Source: Candidatus Sumerlaeota bacterium | GTDB taxonomy: Bacteria > Sumerlaeota > Sumerlaeia > Sumerlaeales > Sumerlaeaceae | DNA: 64,000 nt | NCBI GenBank assembly: GCA_017161655.1 | Contig: JADFCV010000001.1 | Span: forward strand, 517,786-581,785 | Direction: 5' to 3' | Shown: positions 1 through 8,069 of the stretch, one piece after another | Position numbering within the stretch: position 1 is the stretch's first letter | Layout: the number at the start of each line of letters is the position of its first letter | Notes under the pieces: generated by a model | The model's database searches: none | What the model was told of the DNA's origin: nothing | What the model saw: the letters and a program-made list of their open reading frames with translations, nothing else | Translations under genes and position numbers: made by a program

Positions 1-358
1 CCACGGAGGGGGTTCTGCTAATATCTCTCCCCTGCAAAAAGAAGGCGATAACGACGAGGCCAATTGTGGCCTGGACGGCACTAGTGACAATCGCGCCAAA
101 GAACGGGCGCTCTTCTTTCCACTGGGAAAGATCGTAGAAACCGTGACGCGCTAGGCAAAACACAGTCACAATGGGGGCTATGAAAAAGAGCCAGGTATAG
201 TCTTCAAGGCGCGAAGGAGTCCGAAGAACCGTAGGGAGGAAGTAGGGGGCAAGGACTTCGTTCCGCAGCCAGTGAGCAACAGCTACACTCCCCGCTGCAA
301 TAGCAGCGTCAACCAGCATGTTTACACGCGAGAAAACGTAGCGACGCTCTTTTAGCAT
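1..358 (-). CDS. Polyprenyl glycosylphosphotransferase-type (WbaP/WcaJ-like) sugar transferase. Only the N-terminal membrane part is present, because the gene runs off the left edge.
   Basis: My own translation of the minus strand from ATG 358 gives MLKERRYVFSRVNMLVDAAIAAGSVAVAHWLR...WLFFIAPIVTVFCLARHGFYDL...AIVTSAVQATIGLVVIAFFLQGRDISR. The frame stays open to position 1. The pattern of hydrophobic helices and the G(F/L)Y and (F/I)SR landmarks resemble the N-terminus of EPS priming sugar transferases. The catalytic domain is outside the window, so the family call is tentative. Confidence 0.45.
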   Translation of the reverse strand, partial: MLKERRYVFSRVNMLVDAAIAAGSVAVAHWLRNEVLAPYFLPTVLRTPSRLEDYTWLFFIAPIVTVFCLARHGFYDLSQWKEERPFFGAIVTSAVQATIGLVVIAFFLQGRDISRTPSV

Positions 359-423
359 CCTCCCTAGATTACCCCTTCGCAGTTTTGTTCATTGGTCATC
401 ATTCTTACTCCCCTACGTTATCC

Positions 424-1275
424 CTAAAACCTAACGTTGTCGATGAGCCGGGTTTTGCCCAGAAAAACTGCGGCTGCAATCATGGTGTTTCCGATCTCCA
501 CCCTGTGTAGAGGAGTAAGGTCCGACAAACGAACAATCTCTACATAATCTATGATTCCATTCACTTTTTCGGCAATGGTTTTGACGATGTCGTCTCGCAA
601 GGTCGTGACATCAACGCACTCGCCGCTAAGGGCGCGTTCACGCGCTCTGCTGAGGGCTTTGTAGAGCCACGGAGCTCTCTCTCGCTCATCGGCAGATAGG
701 TAAGTGTTACGAGAGCTCAGGGCGAGACCGTCTGGCTCACGCACAGTCTCGAGTCCCACAATCTCTATAGGAAAATTGAGATCATTAACCATTTTTTTGA
801 TAATGAGAAGCTGTTGCGCATCCTTCCAGCCAAAGACGGCATAGTCGGGATTCACGATATTGAAGAGCTTTGCCACGATCGTGCACACACCGCGGAAGTG
901 CCCAATGCGCGACTTCCCGCACAGCACACTCCCCCATGGTCCAGGGTCTACGGTGATCTGCAAATCTGGCGGCGTCAGCACTGACGCTGAAGGAAAGAAA
1001 AGTATTCCACCTCCGGATTGTTCGATCACCTGTTTATCATGTTCGATATCCCGTGGGTAACGATCGAAGTCTTCCTGCGGACCAAATTGCAGTGGGTTCA
1101 CGAACACGGAAACAACAACGACTGGCGCGAGTTCTGCCGCTTTACGTATTAGCGCAGCGTGGCCCTCATGGAGGTAACCCATTGTTGGCACAAAAGCTAC
1201 CGTTTTCCCCAAGGTTCTTGCGCGACGCACAGCCGCTCGAATATCATCAACAGTTTCGTAAATCTCCAGTGTCAT
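424..1275 (-). CDS. panC: Pantoate--beta-alanine ligase
   Basis: 283 aa with the N-terminal FVPTMGYLHEGHAALIR (HIGH-type) motif. Length and overall sequence are typical of PanC. Confidence 0.95.
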   Translation of the reverse strand: MTLEIYETVDDIRAAVRRARTLGKTVAFVPTMGYLHEGHAALIRKAAELAPVVVVSVFVNPLQFGPQEDFDRYPRDIEHDKQVIEQSGGGILFFPSASVLTPPDLQITVDPGPWGSVLCGKSRIGHFRGVCTIVAKLFNIVNPDYAVFGWKDAQQLLIIKKMVNDLNFPIEIVGLETVREPDGLALSSRNTYLSADERERAPWLYKALSRARERALSGECVDVTTLRDDIVKTIAEKVNGIIDYVEIVRLSDLTPLHRVEIGNTMIAAAVFLGKTRLIDNVRF

Positions 1276-1402
1276 GAGCCTGTGACCTAAAGCTAATCAG
1301 AACGCCGCTCAAGATTTTATGGAGTGTCTGTCGCCAACGCACCCTGATTACTACTCATGATGAGAATTGACAATAAAACCTGGTTACGTGATCCGAACTG
1401 GC

Positions 1403-3943
1403 ATGATGCAGAGTAATCTTATCCAGTGGTGGATGACTTTTTGTTTTTCCGTCGTTTTCTGTCTTCCTTCTTTCATCTGGGCCGACAAGTTGGTTTTTAA
1501 ATCGGGTAACGTGATTGAAGGAGTTATTCTGGAAGAGTCTCCTGATCATGTCATCTTTCGTGACCGGGGCGGGGAGGTTCGAAATTACAGCAAAACTCTG
1601 TTACAGTCAGTTGCCCGTGAAGAGACAGCACTTGGGGCTTCTATTGCCGATGTTTTGCAACGTGCGGCAGCTTTTCGCCAGGCTGGAAAGTTTGATTCTG
1701 CCCTGGAAGCGCTTTTGCAAGCAGCTGTGAGCGCTCCACAAACGGCGAGCGCTTTGTCGGAAGAATTTCAGGCAACGCTTTATCAGCTTGATGCTGTGGT
1801 GAAAGAACTTCTGCAGCGGGACAAAATGCGCGCCCGCGAGCTGCTCGCCGTCCGTATGAGAAGTCTCCAGAGTTCAGGGACGCTTTTATTAGTGCCAACG
1901 AAGGCGACGGTTGAGTCTTGGTTGAAGGATACGAGGAAATCGCTTGCCGAGCTAGACTACGAAATAGCGGTGGAACTTGCGCACCAACCTGATAAGATGG
2001 CGCAAATTCGAGATTTGTTGCTCGAGTCTGTGGCTCTCGACCCTCAGAATGCTAATGCTCACTTGTACCTCGCCGAAACTGCGCTTACTTTGGGGGATCT
2101 TCCGCTTGCGGTGCGGGAGTACAAAATTACGCTGGGATTTCCAGGAATGAGTCCGGATCTTGTGCAGAGGGCACAAAAAGGGCTCCAGTTGGCACAGACT
2201 CGTCTAGTAGCTCAAGCGACCCCGTTACCGCAAAAACAGGAAACGGACCAAAAACAGCCGACCCCCAGCCAAGTTGTTCAACAGCAGTCAGAGCCCCGGG
2301 AAGAAAAAAAGCTTCCTGCTTGGCTGACCATTGTGGAACAGCGTTTAGAAAAGGCGGGGGTTATGACTTATGTACGTCCCGTATGGCGAGAGCTCACCAG
2401 CGGAGAATACAACGTCTATTTAATCGGAATCCCAACGTTCATCTTTTTGTTTTGGCTTCTCCCCTACTGGATTATTCGCTACCGCTCGAAAAAAGGTGAC
2501 ATTGTAGCGGCTGACCTGCGCGAACGGGCAAGGAGAATTGGGCTTATTGCTCTAGTGCTATACGGGATTCGCCTGGCAAAAGCGACGAAACCAAAGAATC
2601 GTTGCCCGTTCTGCAATAAAAGCTTGGACAAACTGGACGCATACTCCGATCTCAACTTCTATGCATGTCCACACTGCCACGAACCGATTACGCCCATCTA
2701 TGACCTCAAGGACTACATCGACCACCTTATCAAGCAACTCGAGCTTCAACTGAGGCACTCGAAAGAAAACGTAATCGCCGGCGTTGAACGCGATCTTATG
2801 CTAAAACTAGTCCGTGCGGTTATCACACTCGCAGTCCGCAAACGTGCAAGTGATCTGCATTTGGAAAGCGAAATCGATGGCGCAAAACTTCGCGTTCGTG
2901 TCGACGGAATGATGTACGACTTTATGCATCTGCCGCGAAGTGTTTCTCTGGCTTTCATTTCGGCCCTGAAAATCATGGCAAATCTGGACATCACGGAGAG
3001 GCGTGTTCCGCAGGATGGCAAAATTGGAATGTGGATAGACAAAGCAGATCTCGATCTGCGGATCAACACCAGTCCTGCTGCAATGGGAGAAAAAGTCACG
3101 ATTCGTATCCTAAATCCGAAGAGTATTTCAGTGGACCCCCTCCGCCTCGGTTTAGAAGGAGAGAATCTCGAAAGATTTGAGCGAGCCATCCATCGCCCTC
3201 ATGGCATGATTATCGTCACAGGACCCGCAGGATCTGGCAAGTCCACGACCCTTTACGTAGCTCTAAATATGATCAATACAGGTGAGAAAAATATCGTTAC
3301 TCTGGAAGACCCCATTGAGTACCAGATCAAGGGGGCCTCGCAAATGCAGGTTAATCCTGCTACGAATTTTACATTTGCTACCGGTCTCCGCTCGATTCTG
3401 CGGCAGGATCCTGACGTGATCATGGTTGGAGAGATTCGAGATTCTGAAACCGCAGAAATCGCGGTGGAAGCGGCCCTCACCGGTCATCTGCTCTTCACCA
3501 CTCTTCACACTATCGATTCTCCAACGGCTTTTGCCCGAATGGCCGATCTCGGAGTAGACACTTCGAGGATGGCAAGTGCTCTCATTTGCATTATTGCCCA
3601 GCGGCTGGTACGTACGATTTGTCCTGATTGCAGAAAGCCGTACAAACCTAAACGAGAACTCCTGGAGCAGCTCAACATTGTGGAAGTGCCAAAAGATTTT
3701 GTTTTCATGCATGGTGCAGGCTGTGAACAGTGCATGAACACCGGTTATTGTGGGCGAATTGGCTTGTTTGAATTTCTCATGCCAGACGAACAAATGCGCG
3801 AAGTTTTGGAAGGCGCACCTCCAGTCTCCGTTATCCGAGAAGTTGCCCGAAAGAAGGGATTTGCAACCTTGAAAGAAGAGGGAGTCCGACGCGTTCTCAA
3901 CGGAGTGACCACCGTTGAGGAAGTGTTGCGAGTAACGAGTTAG
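1403..3943 (+). CDS. Membrane-anchored GspE/PilB-family secretion ATPase with an N-terminal periplasmic TPR-like domain and a zinc ribbon
   Basis: The ORF spans 1367-3943. The likely start is ATG 1403, which opens the signal/anchor MMQSNLIQWWMTFCFSVVFCLPSFIWA. The C-terminal ~380 aa carry Walker A GPAGSGKSTT, Asp box VTLEDPIEY, Walker B DPDVIMVGEIRD, His box TGHLLFTTLHT and the tetracysteine CPDC...CEQC. Upstream of that lie ~300 aa of helical TPR-like sequence, a TM helix VYLIGIPTFIFLFWLLPYWII and a CPFC-x17-CPHC zinc ribbon. Confidence 0.85.
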   Translation: MMQSNLIQWWMTFCFSVVFCLPSFIWADKLVFKSGNVIEGVILEESPDHVIFRDRGGEVRNYSKTLLQSVAREETALGASIADVLQRAAAFRQAGKFDSALEALLQAAVSAPQTASALSEEFQATLYQLDAVVKELLQRDKMRARELLAVRMRSLQSSGTLLLVPTKATVESWLKDTRKSLAELDYEIAVELAHQPDKMAQIRDLLLESVALDPQNANAHLYLAETALTLGDLPLAVREYKITLGFPGMSPDLVQRAQKGLQLAQTRLVAQATPLPQKQETDQKQPTPSQVVQQQSEPREEKKLPAWLTIVEQRLEKAGVMTYVRPVWRELTSGEYNVYLIGIPTFIFLFWLLPYWIIRYRSKKGDIVAADLRERARRIGLIALVLYGIRLAKATKPKNRCPFCNKSLDKLDAYSDLNFYACPHCHEPITPIYDLKDYIDHLIKQLELQLRHSKENVIAGVERDLMLKLVRAVITLAVRKRASDLHLESEIDGAKLRVRVDGMMYDFMHLPRSVSLAFISALKIMANLDITERRVPQDGKIGMWIDKADLDLRINTSPAAMGEKVTIRILNPKSISVDPLRLGLEGENLERFERAIHRPHGMIIVTGPAGSGKSTTLYVALNMINTGEKNIVTLEDPIEYQIKGASQMQVNPATNFTFATGLRSILRQDPDVIMVGEIRDSETAEIAVEAALTGHLLFTTLHTIDSPTAFARMADLGVDTSRMASALICIIAQRLVRTICPDCRKPYKPKRELLEQLNIVEVPKDFVFMHGAGCEQCMNTGYCGRIGLFEFLMPDEQMREVLEGAPPVSVIREVARKKGFATLKEEGVRRVLNGVTTVEEVLRVTS

Positions 3944-3956
3944 GAATGCTTCTGAT

Positions 3957-5156
3957 TTAATCCATCGGCCAGCTCACCTCCGGCTGAGAGTCCGCAAGTG
4001 CCGCGAGGCCGACTATTTCGTAGTACAGATCAAGATACTGGCGGATAATTCTGCGTTCGCTGAAAAGGCGCTGCGCCCGCAAACGTCCTGCCCGTCCCAT
4101 TTTGCTAGCAAGCTCACGATCCGTGAAGATTTGAGTCACTGCTTCTGCCATAGCGCGGACATCCCCCACTGGACAAAGGAACCCTGTTTTCCCGTGTTCG
4201 ACAACCTCGCTCAGGCCGCTGCCTGCCGTCCCAACAACCGGGACACCACTTGCCATAGCTTCCAATGCAGCCATTCCAAAGGATTCGTACTCGCTTGGAA
4301 GGATCAGCGCGTCGGCCAAACTATAAAAGTCTTCGATGTTCGGATATTTCCCTAAGAAGATCGTGTCCTGTGAGATCTTTAAGCGGTTTGCTAGTTTCTC
4401 AGCGTGAGCGCGTTCTGGCCCGTCGCCAATGAGGATGAGTTTTGCTGGAACAGATTTGCGAACGATGTTGAATGTCCCCACAACATCCCGGACGCGCTTC
4501 ACAGGACGGAAATTTGACACGTGCAATAGAATCTTTTCATGCGGCAGAGCAAAGCATTCTCTGGGGAGCCGCCGCGAACCAGGACGAAAGCGCGAACAAT
4601 CCACAAAATTGTAAATGACCGTTGGAGGGCTATTGAGAGCGAACCCTTTTTCCGCTCGTTGAGCTAGCCAAGAAGATACTGCGGTTACCGCATCGCTTTG
4701 TTCAAGTGCCCACTGTGATAATTCATAGAAACTGGTCGTTCTCCCGACGAGGGTTACGTCTGTGCCGTGAACAGTGGTTATAAGCTTGGTCCGGCTGTTC
4801 TTGGTTACGAGGCGAGCAAGAGCGGCAACAATCGCGTGTGGTACGATGTAATGCGCATGGATAAGGTCGAGAGCTTCTTGTCGTATCACTTTAGCAATGT
4901 GAGAGGCTAAATCCAGCCCGAGCATCGGTGCAGGAAAAACATCATAGTGGAATTGTTCCACTTCGTGGTAAAAAAGGTTTTCCATGAATTCAGCTTGCTG
5001 CAGGCGAAACGGAAGTTGCGGGCTGAGAAAATGAACACGGTGTCCTAGTCGAGCCAGCGCTTTGCCAAGCTCGGTTGCGATAACCCCTGACCCGCCATGC
5101 GAACCAAAGCACGCAATGCCAATGTTTAATAGCCTACCCTTGTGATTCATCCCCAT
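3957..5156 (-). CDS. bshA: GT4 glycosyltransferase, BshA-like (N-acetyl-alpha-D-glucosaminyl L-malate synthase)
   Basis: 399 aa. The N-terminal [32 protein letters not shown] and the run HAHYIVPHA...TTVHGTDVT...AVTAVS...VIYNFVD match my recollection of Bacillus BshA. The GT4 C-terminal [20 protein letters not shown] (E-x7-E) is present. The 5' end overlaps the mnmG stop by 17-23 nt. Confidence 0.7.
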   Translation of the reverse strand: MGMNHKGRLLNIGIACFGSHGGSGVIATELGKALARLGHRVHFLSPQLPFRLQQAEFMENLFYHEVEQFHYDVFPAPMLGLDLASHIAKVIRQEALDLIHAHYIVPHAIVAALARLVTKNSRTKLITTVHGTDVTLVGRTTSFYELSQWALEQSDAVTAVSSWLAQRAEKGFALNSPPTVIYNFVDCSRFRPGSRRLPRECFALPHEKILLHVSNFRPVKRVRDVVGTFNIVRKSVPAKLILIGDGPERAHAEKLANRLKISQDTIFLGKYPNIEDFYSLADALILPSEYESFGMAALEAMASGVPVVGTAGSGLSEVVEHGKTGFLCPVGDVRAMAEAVTQIFTDRELASKMGRAGRLRAQRLFSERRIIRQYLDLYYEIVGLAALADSQPEVSWPMD

Positions 5157-7095
5157 GTGCCGTTAGCTCTGCATTCCTCGTCTGACGAACTGGTTGTCGC
5201 ATGGCTTTAAAGTAAATCAACAAGATGCTAACATCTGCAGGATTCACGCCAGCAATTCTGAGCGCTTGTCCGAGTGTTTCCGGGCGCTTCGATGAGAGCT
5301 TTTGGACAGCTTCTTTGCGAAGACCGCGCACTGAAGAATAGTCAAAGTCATCTGGGATTCGCAGGTTCTCCAACTTGCGTAATCGCTCAACTTGCGACTC
5401 TTGCCGGGCAATATACCCAGAGTATTTCACCATGAGCTCGACTTGCTCTTCGAAACGTTTCAGCTCGTTGGGGTCGAAGGCCCAGTCTTCATAGAACGAA
5501 CTCCCATAACCCAGTTGCCTCAGGTCGTCATAAGTAATATCCGGTCGCGCTAAGAATTGCCACAAAGAGATTCCTTTTTTCAGGTCTTCCAACTTGTATC
5601 TCGCTGCCAACTCCCTCGGGACTTCACTTGGTCGAATCGTTGATGTTCTCAGTCGCTCAAGTTCCTTTTCTAAGGCAGCACGATATTCTGAAAAGCGAGT
5701 GTATCGCGCGTCATCAATAAGCCCAAGTTTTCGACCGTATTCCGTGAGGCGCAAATCAGCGTTGTCCTGCCGTAACAATAGGCGAAACTCAGCACGAGAT
5801 GTGAACATGCGGTAAGGTTCAGTGTGGTCCTTTGTAATAAGGTCGTCGATGAGCACACCAATGTACGCTTCATCCCTCTTCAAAATGAAGCTTTCTTCCC
5901 CACAAATCCTGGTCAGCACAGCATTTATTCCGGCGATAAGTCCCTGCGCTGCAGCCTCTTCGTATCCTGTAGTGCCATTAATTTGGCCAGCAAGAAAGAG
6001 TCCGTTAACACTTTTACACTCGAGTGATGCTCGGATCTGCGACGGGTAGACAAAAGTGTATTCAATCGCATATCCCACTCGCGTTATTCTGGCGTGCTCT
6101 AATCCACGGATTGTGTGAATAAATTCCCGTTGTACGTCTTCGGGCAACGATGTGCTAATCCCGTTAGCATAAATCTCATTCGTGTCTAGTCCTTCTGGTT
6201 CCAAAAAAACTTGGTGCCGCTCTTTATCAGCGAAACGCACGCATTTATCTTCAATGCTGGGGCAGTAGCGCGGTCCTATGCTTTTGATGAACCCTCCGTA
6301 CAGTGCACTTCGCTGCAGGTTTTCCAGGATGATTTTGTGGGTTTCAGAATTGGTGTACGTCAGGTAACAGGGCAACTGTGGAAGCAGCGGCCCACGACTC
6401 ACGAAGGAAAACATCGGTGGTGGGTCGTCACCATGCTGCACTTCTAATATCTCCCACTGGATAGTTCGTCGATCAAGCCGCGCTGGGGTTCCTGTTTTGA
6501 GCCGTCCTGTCTCTAAACCGAGTTCTCGAAGCGACGAAGACAGAGTATCTGCGGCACACTCGCCAGCGCGCCCAGCGGGGAAGGAGCGATCGCCAATATG
6601 GATAACTCCGTCGAGGAAGGTTCCAGTTGTTATAATCACCGCCCGACAAGCAATTCTTTCCCCGCTTTGCAGCACAACACCGGTAATTTCGGGCGTTTGC
6701 CCATTGCTTCGCCACAAAAGCTTCTCAACCGTTCCTTGTCGCAGGTCCAGATTAGGGACGTTCTCAAGAAAGTGCTTCATCCAGCGGCTGTATCTAATCT
6801 TGTCGACTTGAGCACGCGGAGCTCGTACAGCAGGGCCTTTGGACGTGTTCAGCATTCTGAACTGAATTCCATTCTGGTCCGTAGCAATGCCCATAATTCC
6901 ACCTAGGGCATCGATTTCTCGCACGAGGTGGCCTTTCGCGAGTCCCCCGATGCTTGGGTTGCAGCTCATGAGGGCGATGTGATCCAGATGCATGGTGAGC
7001 AAAAGTGTTTGAGCACCCATACGAGCAGCAGCATAAGCTGCTTCACAACCGGCATGCCCAGCCCCAATCACAACAATGTCGTATCGATCGTCCAT
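5134..7095 (-). CDS. mnmG: tRNA uridine 5-carboxymethylaminomethyl modification enzyme MnmG (GidA)
   Basis: 653 aa with an FAD-binding N-terminus YDIVVIGAGHAGCEAAYAAARMG. Similarity to GidA runs the full length. Confidence 0.95.
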   Translation of the reverse strand: MDDRYDIVVIGAGHAGCEAAYAAARMGAQTLLLTMHLDHIALMSCNPSIGGLAKGHLVREIDALGGIMGIATDQNGIQFRMLNTSKGPAVRAPRAQVDKIRYSRWMKHFLENVPNLDLRQGTVEKLLWRSNGQTPEITGVVLQSGERIACRAVIITTGTFLDGVIHIGDRSFPAGRAGECAADTLSSSLRELGLETGRLKTGTPARLDRRTIQWEILEVQHGDDPPPMFSFVSRGPLLPQLPCYLTYTNSETHKIILENLQRSALYGGFIKSIGPRYCPSIEDKCVRFADKERHQVFLEPEGLDTNEIYANGISTSLPEDVQREFIHTIRGLEHARITRVGYAIEYTFVYPSQIRASLECKSVNGLFLAGQINGTTGYEEAAAQGLIAGINAVLTRICGEESFILKRDEAYIGVLIDDLITKDHTEPYRMFTSRAEFRLLLRQDNADLRLTEYGRKLGLIDDARYTRFSEYRAALEKELERLRTSTIRPSEVPRELAARYKLEDLKKGISLWQFLARPDITYDDLRQLGYGSSFYEDWAFDPNELKRFEEQVELMVKYSGYIARQESQVERLRKLENLRIPDDFDYSSVRGLRKEAVQKLSSKRPETLGQALRIAGVNPADVSILLIYFKAMRQPVRQTRNAELTAHGDESQG

Positions 7096-7221
7096 AATCT
7101 CGTGTTCAGGTCTAACGCTCTGTCAGCAAGTAGTTACCACGGGGAAGATAGTTATATGTGGACATGATGAGTGCGTTTTTCCGACAAGATAATCTTTGTT
7201 CTGATTGTAAGGGTAAGCGCT

Positions 7222-7998
7222 ATGGGTTACGACCTGACAGGTAAAACAGCTATCGTCTTTGGAGTTGCGAACCGCCGAAGCATTGCCTGGGCTATCGCCG
7301 AAGCATGGGCAAAAGCTGGCGCTAAAATTATTTTCAGTTATCAAGGCGAGCGACTCGCGCAAAACGTTCGGGAATTAGCTGAGACTTTAGACGGCGATCC
7401 CTGGATCGCCCCGTGCGATGTTACATGCGACGAACAAATCCATGACTTTTTTCAATTCGTACGTAGCAAAACATCGCAAGTAGACCTATTGCTGCACAGC
7501 ATTGCCTATGCTCCACGTGAGGCGCTTGACGGCCTTTTTCTGGATGTCTCGCGTGAAGCGTTTCATGTGGCCATGGACGTAAGTGTTTATTCCCTTGTTG
7601 CTCTCGCGCGTGAGGCAGCTCCTCTTTTCACTGCGGGCGGAAGCATCATTACCATGTCGTTTTATGGCGCCCAAAAAGTTTTCCCACATTACAACGTGAT
7701 GGGTGTCGCTAAAGCTGCTTTGGAATCGGCAGTTCGTTATCTAGCTTATGACCTTGGCCCGCGAAAAGTGCGCGTTAACGCTATCAGCGCTGGACCGGTT
7801 AATACGGTTGCTGCTCGTGGTATTAGCGGCTTCACTGAAATGTTAGCGCGGTACGCCGAGCTTGCCCCAATGGGCCGAAGCTGCAATCAGGATGAAATTG
7901 CTCAGACGGCACTGTTCCTGGCAAGTGAGGGTGCTTCCGCAATTACTGGTCAAACCATCTTTGTGGATGGTGGGTACGAGATTATGGGAATGCGGTAA
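7222..7998 (+). CDS. fabI: Enoyl-[acyl-carrier-protein] reductase (NADH), FabI
   Basis: The ORF begins at 7171, but a FabI-like N-terminus, MGYDLTGKTAIVFGVANRRSIAWAIA, starts at ATG 7222. The SDR catalytic Y-x6-K (YNVMGVAKAAL) and RVNAISAGPVNT are present. Confidence 0.9.
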   Translation: MGYDLTGKTAIVFGVANRRSIAWAIAEAWAKAGAKIIFSYQGERLAQNVRELAETLDGDPWIAPCDVTCDEQIHDFFQFVRSKTSQVDLLLHSIAYAPREALDGLFLDVSREAFHVAMDVSVYSLVALAREAAPLFTAGGSIITMSFYGAQKVFPHYNVMGVAKAALESAVRYLAYDLGPRKVRVNAISAGPVNTVAARGISGFTEMLARYAELAPMGRSCNQDEIAQTALFLASEGASAITGQTIFVDGGYEIMGMR

Positions 7999-8069
7999 CG
8001 ATTGGTTTTCGGCTTCGGCCCATCTCGTTCTGTTGACAAAGTGGGCCGTGAGACCAATCAGATAATCCA

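Noticed and set aside
1367-1372. TTGACA hexamers as candidate -35 promoter boxes, here and at 60989-60994.
   Set aside because: No convincing -10 element lies at 16-18 nt spacing in either case. The nearest TATACT at 61023 is 28 nt away. The evidence is too weak to report as promoters.
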